DNA from: an uncultured archaeon
GTDB taxonomy: Archaea; Asgardarchaeota; Lokiarchaeia; Sigyniarchaeales; SOKP01
Direction of reading: 5' to 3'
Assembly: GCA_964508365.1 (NCBI GenBank)
Contig: CAZDTP010000094.1
Location: 1-10,230, forward strand
DNA: 10,230 nucleotides
Part shown: positions 5,153 through 10,230 of the stretch, piece by piece
Position numbering within the stretch: position 1 is the stretch's first letter
Layout: the number at the start of each line of letters is the position of its first letter
Made by a program: the position numbers and the translations under genes
The notes under the pieces: model-generated
Databases searched by the model: none
The model's input: only the letters and a program-made list of their open reading frames with translations
Told to the model about the DNA's origin: nothing

Positions 5153-8100
5153 TTAAGTATTAATATTATTTTGGTTGTTTTCAGATTGCTCAAATGTTTC
5201 TTTCTGAATCGCATCTTTTCCAGCTTTTGGTGCGACCTTACTCTTTAATTGCTTTTCTAAAGGATGGATCTTTTCTGCGTAATTATCTTCGATTAATTGA
5301 TCTCTTGAACGAATTTCAAGACCCATAGATTTTGGGTTCTTCAATTTGCTCTTGAATTTTCGAATCTTTCTCACTTGTTTAGGATATTTAAGCACTCGTT
5401 GATATGCAAATAAATAACCTCCTAAACCCACTGCGGCACCTACACCGAGGATGGTCAAAATTTGGAATAATAAAACATCCTCGGGGGGTTGTACAACATT
5501 TAGAGTAATTGTGAATCGTTCGAAATCATAGTCATCACCAGCATAGACGGAAATAGTAATAACAAATGTTCCGACTCTGAGATTTGATATAGTGCCTTCA
5601 TAAATGCCGTCATTTTCAGGATCGGTAAGAGTACCTTGACCGTATGTCCAAGTGTAGGTAACAGTTGCATTTAATACATATGTATTGAAATCTAAGTCTA
5701 AGAGTCTTATCTTTAGTTGATAATTTTGTCCGGGTTGGCGGTTAATAACCGTTTCCCCCGAAACCGTAGTGATATTTGTTCGGATTCTGTCTACTTGTAT
5801 CCGCAGGAGTGCAGAAGATGATTGATAGTTAGCACGTTGAGCAAAAATTGTTAAAAATCTAACTCCGATGTCCAATTGAGTAGTATCTACAGAGATAGAA
5901 TAGTGTTGGAGTAAAGGATTCTCTGTAAGATTTAAAGATAAGCCCTCCCCAACTAATTGAATTGTTGCTCCAGAAATGCCTAAACCAGTATCAAATTCTA
6001 GGTATTTTACTGTCACATTTAATAATTTCCGTAATGGAAGCGTTAACGTTCTATCAATTGTTTTATTCAATCCGTTAAGGAAAATGTGCAAATCGGTTTC
6101 TTTTACAATAATTTCAATTCGTACGATAAGTGTTTGTGGCTGATAATTTGCTCTTTTTGCGTACAAAGTAAGTAAGTTAATTCCAAAGTTTAAATCATCC
6201 GAATCAATGGTAACATTGTATTGGTTGTATATCGAGTGCTTAGTTAGATTTAAATCTATTCCTTCACCAAAAATAATAACTTCTGCATTATCAATGAAAA
6301 GTTTTGCGTAATCTTCGTAAATGACCGTAACATTAATTAGTTCACCTATGATTACTTCAATTGATTTATCTAATGTTTCATTATTACCATTTAAGAATAA
6401 TTGTAAGTTTGATGCTTTTTCTTTAACTTCTATGGTAAATAATATAGATTGAGATACATATCCTTGCTTTTGGGCAAAAATGGTAAGGAAATTAATACCC
6501 TGCTCCAAATCAATCGTTCTAATCGAAATATTATAGTGTTGAAGGATAGCATTCTCGGTTAAGTTATCATTGAGTGCACCGGTTAGTTTTAAATTTGCAT
6601 TTGATACAAAGCTACTATCAGAGGAATCTGTAAAATATACGGTAACATTTAATGTTTGATCAATTTCAGCAGCGATGTACCTACTTGAAGTGAGATTATC
6701 ACCATCAATGTATAATTCAAGATTAGATCCTCTTTCCAATACATTTAATTTAATGTTCTTAATTGAATGGGTATAGTTTTCTTTATCGGCAGAGATTACT
6801 AAGAAATGAACTCCAACGCCTAAAACTTCGAGATTCAATGTATAATTATATTGTTTAAAAGTTGGATGTAAAGTTAGAGTCTCTGATATTCCAAGGCCAG
6901 TAAGCTCCACTGTTGCACCTGGGATGAAAACAGGAGTAATATCCTCGTAAATAGCAGTAATATTTAAAACATCATTAATAGAGATACTGTAAAATTCAAT
7001 AGTACTACTATTAACCCCATTTAGTAGAACATCTAAGGTTGTATCGCGCTCATTTACCGTGATTAAAATGCTCACTAGTGAAATGGTGTAGTTTTCTTTC
7101 TTAGCATATATTGAAAGCACATTACTACCTAAGCTAAATTCGTTTGAGTTTTTCATTAATGTATATTGAGCTATATTAGGAGATAAAGGATTTAACATGG
7201 TACTCCCTTCTCTTAATTCAACATTAGCAGAATCAATAAAAGTCCCAGTAAAATCTTCATATATGGCAGTTATATTTATTATTTCACCATAGGTAACTTC
7301 AATGGCGGTTCTTTCTAAATCATCAAGAAATATCGTCAGTACAGTGTCTCTTTCTGTGACTATAATAGAGATGCTTACTAAAGCTGCAGAGTAATTTTCT
7401 TTGTTTGCATATATTGCTAGCAAGTTTGTTCCTAAGTCCAAATTTTTAGTGTTGATTGTCAAATTATACTGAGTAAATGTTGGATGTGTGGAGAATGTAT
7501 ATAGAGTCGTACCTCCTTCTCTTAATTCACACGTAGCCCCTATAATGAAAGCATCAGAAAAATCTTTATAGATTATAGTGATATTAATATTTTCATTATA
7601 TGGTTTTTCTATTACAGTAGTGGGCGTCTCTTCAAGATATATATCTAAACTTGTATCTCGTTCGTCGATAGTCAATGTTATGCTTGCGAATGCTGCAGAA
7701 TAATTATCTTGCTTCGCATAGAGCGTCAATATATTAACACCTAAGTTCAATTCATTTGTGCTAATCTCTACATAATACTGACTAAAAGAAGATTCCGTCA
7801 ATGAATAAACTACAATTGATCCCTCTCGTAATTCAACAGTGGCCCCATCAATAAAAGAACCTGATAAATCGTTGTAAATGGCTGTTATATTAAGTAATTC
7901 ACCGTGTGGGTAACTTATGGAGGTTGTAGTTGTATGGTTCAAGATTGATACTATAGTTGTAGGTCTTTCTTCAACTGTTATGGTAATCAGTTGTGATGCG
8001 ATGCTATAGTTATCCTTTTGGGCTAAAAGTGTCAGAAAATTATTTCCAATTGAAAGGTCATAAGTATTCACGGTTAGATTATAGAGTTGACCAGATTGGC

Positions 8101-10228
8101 TAAACATTTTTGAATAATCCGTTCCAATTAATTGGAGTGATGCTCCATCAATGAAATTATCGGTTATAGTATCGTTATATGAGACTGTAATATTAAATAG
8201 TTCATTCCACGCGATTATGATTGAATTCGATTCCGTTCCGTTCAATTCCAAGTTATCGAGATATGTAGTTCTCGATGTTACCGTAATTTTAAATCTGATA
8301 TTTAATGAGGTATAGTTCTCTTTTGAAGCATACACTGTTAAAAATGTGCTTCCAACACCTAAATCATAAGTATTAATTGAAATATAATATTGTTCATTCG
8401 CAAGATCTTCGCTTAATGTCTTTGTGGATCCAACACCAGTTAACTCCACTGTTGCCCCGCCGATATGAGTAAATGGAGCATTTTCTATATCACGATATTG
8501 TATCGTAATGTTTAAGTTTTCATTCCATTCAGTCGTCCATTCTTTCTCAATTGTTCGATTATTCATGTCAAGAAATAGCTGAATTTCCGTATCTCGTGAA
8601 AGAACCTCAACAGTAATTTGGAACTGTTGAGTAGTATAATATCGTTTGCTTGCTGTTAACGTGAGATAACTCGCCCCAACTCCTAAATCAGTTGAATTAA
8701 TAATCGTGAAATAATTATCGAATGTCCCTTGAGGTAATGATATAGGTGTTATCCCACTTCCAGTTAATTGGATGTCCGCATCGGAAATAAAACCTCCAGT
8801 ACTATTCTTATATACAAAAGTAATGTTCAAATTCTTATTAAAAGTAACTTGCGTTGATTTTTCCGTCGTTCTGTCTACGTCGTTTAAAAATAAATTATAT
8901 GATGTGGTATCAGGAGGGGTGTATATTCCGTAAGAAATTTGTAAGGAAACATCATCTATGGATATTTTTATAGTGCTATTTAACAAAAACTCATCACCAA
9001 TATATACTTGAATTGTGAGGTTCACATGTTTGTTCGGAGATATGAATGGTGTAACATCAAATCCTCCTTGCTTTATTTCTCTTAATGTTCCATTAGCTGT
9101 ATTTAAGTTTACTGTTTCTCCCAGTTGATTATTGTTAATGAGTATTCTGAATTCAGAATTTGGAGAGGAAGTATATTCTGACCAACTAGCATTTATTATG
9201 TATTTAAAGTTTAACGTGGCATTTTCAATCTCGTAATAAGCTGGAATTAAATCTCCATTTTGCTTCCATGAGGCTCTATTAAGTTGATTTATCTTCTTTT
9301 CGTATTCAAATGTCAAGTTCACTGATTTAATTAGAATTTCGTGAAATTCATCATTATCATAAGTATCAGAGTTATCTGCGGTATAAATTCTAATTCCTAA
9401 AGTCACTGTGAAATTAAAATTGTCGGAGTTAAGAACCGAAGTTAGATAGAAAAGCAAAACATCTTCAGGTACAGATATTAAATTTTTATTTGTCATTAAA
9501 TAATTTCCAGGCGGATTACCCGATCCTAGATTAGTTGGTTGATAGTATGCAATCTCATATTTTTTATTTTTGGATAAATCAGAAAGCAAAACATAGAATC
9601 TAACATAATCGTATGATTCTCTTTGATTTAATAAAGCACCTCCATCTGTGGCTATGGTGTCTCCTAATACATCGACATCTCTATCGACTGTAGCATTTAC
9701 AACTACTTGGATTGAGGCAGAGGTGATTATATAATCAGACATATCCACGGGCATAGTGAAATTTCTATCCCAATGCACACTGGGATTTTGATTTGCATCG
9801 CGGTCGTCAAATAGATGATATACTTTCAGACCTTCTGAATCTGTAAAATTGCTTGTTGGTCCCCTTGGAAAATCTGGATTTGGAACGGCTAACCAGTTTG
9901 CACCGATAATAGGATTTTCACTCAAAGAGAAAGTTCTTTTTTCTCCCGTGACCTCATAATCTGCAACCCCGCTGCTTATGCCTAGGCTTAAATCTGAAGT
10001 ATCTCCTAAAATTTCACTAGTCCAATATGTACTTGAACCCGTAGAAAAGTTGCCATATTTTATCCATTCTTCAGTATAATAATCTGTCTCAGATACTTGA
10101 AGCAAATCTTGTTCTGAAGAATTATTATTTTCACCTCTGGAATCAAATATGATGTTCCGAATACCAGGAATTTGGATGAACATGCTGAGTGCTAATAAGA
10201 TTAATAGAAAAGAAGGAAAAACAATCCG
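5153..10228 (-). CDS. Giant single-pass cell-surface glycoprotein (>1,690 aa, 5' partial): ~420 aa N-terminal region, 10 conserved + 1 divergent ~101-108 aa beta-sandwich-like repeats, TM helix, basic cytoplasmic tail
   Basis: The frame remains open past the ATG at 10183 to the edge (RIVFPSFLLILLALS-MFIQ, a hydrophobic signal/TM segment). Repeats with LN[IV]T..Y, FI.gA.v.L and L..G...Lt..A.k.nY start at 8914, 8596, 8272, 7966, 7660, 7351, 7048, 6733, 6418, 6103 and 5785. TM at about 5476-5402, followed by KYPKQVRKIRKFKSKLK. Confidence 0.9.
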   Translation of the reverse strand, partial: RIVFPSFLLILLALSMFIQIPGIRNIIFDSRGENNNSSEQDLLQVSETDYYTEEWIKYGNFSTGSSTYWTSEILGDTSDLSLGISSGVADYEVTGEKRTFSLSENPIIGANWLAVPNPDFPRGPTSNFTDSEGLKVYHLFDDRDANQNPSVHWDRNFTMPVDMSDYIITSASIQVVVNATVDRDVDVLGDTIATDGGALLNQRESYDYVRFYVLLSDLSKNKKYEIAYYQPTNLGSGNPPGNYLMTNKNLISVPEDVLLFYLTSVLNSDNFNFTVTLGIRIYTADNSDTYDNDEFHEILIKSVNLTFEYEKKINQLNRASWKQNGDLIPAYYEIENATLNFKYIINASWSEYTSSPNSEFRILINNNQLGETVNLNTANGTLREIKQGGFDVTPFISPNKHVNLTIQVYIGDEFLLNSTIKISIDDVSLQISYGIYTPPDTTSYNLFLNDVDRTTEKSTQVTFNKNLNITFVYKNSTGGFISDADIQLTGSGITPISLPQGTFDNYFTIINSTDLGVGASYLTLTASKRYYTTQQFQITVEVLSRDTEIQLFLDMNNRTIEKEWTTEWNENLNITIQYRDIENAPFTHIGGATVELTGVGSTKTLSEDLANEQYYISINTYDLGVGSTFLTVYASKENYTSLNIRFKITVTSRTTYLDNLELNGTESNSIIIAWNELFNITVSYNDTITDNFIDGASLQLIGTDYSKMFSQSGQLYNLTVNTYDLSIGNNFLTLLAQKDNYSIASQLITITVEERPTTIVSILNHTTTTSISYPHGELLNITAIYNDLSGSFIDGATVELREGSIVVYSLTESSFSQYYVEISTNELNLGVNILTLYAKQDNYSAAFASITLTIDERDTSLDIYLEETPTTVIEKPYNENINITIIYKDFSDAFIIGATCELREGGTTLYTFSTHPTFTQYNLTINTKNLDLGTNLLAIYANKENYSAALVSISIIVTERDTVLTIFLDDLERTAIEVTYGEIINITAIYEDFTGTFIDSANVELREGSTMLNPLSPNIAQYTLMKNSNEFSLGSNVLSIYAKKENYTISLVSILITVNERDTTLDVLLNGVNSSTIEFYSISINDVLNITAIYEDITPVFIPGATVELTGLGISETLTLHPTFKQYNYTLNLEVLGVGVHFLVISADKENYTHSIKNIKLNVLERGSNLELYIDGDNLTSSRYIAAEIDQTLNVTVYFTDSSDSSFVSNANLKLTGALNDNLTENAILQHYNISIRTIDLEQGINFLTIFAQKQGYVSQSILFTIEVKEKASNLQLFLNGNNETLDKSIEVIIGELINVTVIYEDYAKLFIDNAEVIIFGEGIDLNLTKHSIYNQYNVTIDSDDLNFGINLLTLYAKRANYQPQTLIVRIEIIVKETDLHIFLNGLNKTIDRTLTLPLRKLLNVTVKYLEFDTGLGISGATIQLVGEGLSLNLTENPLLQHYSISVDTTQLDIGVRFLTIFAQRANYQSSSALLRIQVDRIRTNITTVSGETVINRQPGQNYQLKIRLLDLDFNTYVLNATVTYTWTYGQGTLTDPENDGIYEGTISNLRVGTFVITISVYAGDDYDFERFTITLNVVQPPEDVLLFQILTILGVGAAVGLGGYLFAYQRVLKYPKQVRKIRKFKSKLKNPKSMGLEIRSRDQLIEDNYAEKIHPLEKQLKSKVAPKAGKDAIQKETFEQSENNQNNINT
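5483..8914 (-). repeat. Tandem protein-level repeat array (11 units of 101-108 aa; Ig-like fold inferred)
   Basis: Unit lengths 106, 108, 102, 102, 103, 101, 105, 105, 105, 106 and 101 aa, read from the translation. Alternating hydrophobic beta-strand pattern; units are linked by E/S-R-D-T-like junctions. Confidence 0.85.
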
Positions 10229-10230
10229 TT

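Noticed and set aside
10181-10183. ATG as start of the giant protein
   Set aside because: The frame is open to the window edge and encodes a hydrophobic signal/TM segment upstream, so the real start lies beyond 10230.
1-10230. CRISPR array, tRNA/rRNA, transposase or integrase
   Set aside because: No regularly spaced 25-45 bp repeats (the 54 bp element has only two copies 1.39 kb apart), no cloverleaf or GC-rich structural RNA, and no DDE or tyrosine-recombinase motifs in any ORF.

Overview
AT-rich archaeal DNA, most likely Asgard Lokiarchaeia/Promethearchaeota (inferred from a Loki-CTERM-type C-terminus, archaeal TATA boxes and protein style). In order: the 3' end of a Gfo/Idh/MocA-type oxidoreductase (+); a secreted parallel beta-helix (NosD-like) protein with a Loki-CTERM tail (-); a ~720 bp AT-rich divergent spacer; an alpha/beta hydrolase whose natural start appears cut off by a 1-nt frameshift in an A6 run (+); a peroxiredoxin-like gene split by an in-frame UGA exactly at the catalytic Cys position, so a probable selenoprotein the ORF track truncated (-); a CaCA-family Na+/Ca2+ exchanger (-); and a 5'-truncated >1,690 aa membrane-anchored surface protein with 10+1 tandem ~105 aa beta-rich repeats (-). 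Highlights: the UGA-containing, Cys-free (UxxA) redoxin with a structured but non-canonical 3' UTR, and an unannotated 54 bp dyad-symmetric element repeated at both junctions of the three co-oriented minus-strand genes. No rRNA, tRNA, CRISPR array or transposase was recognised.
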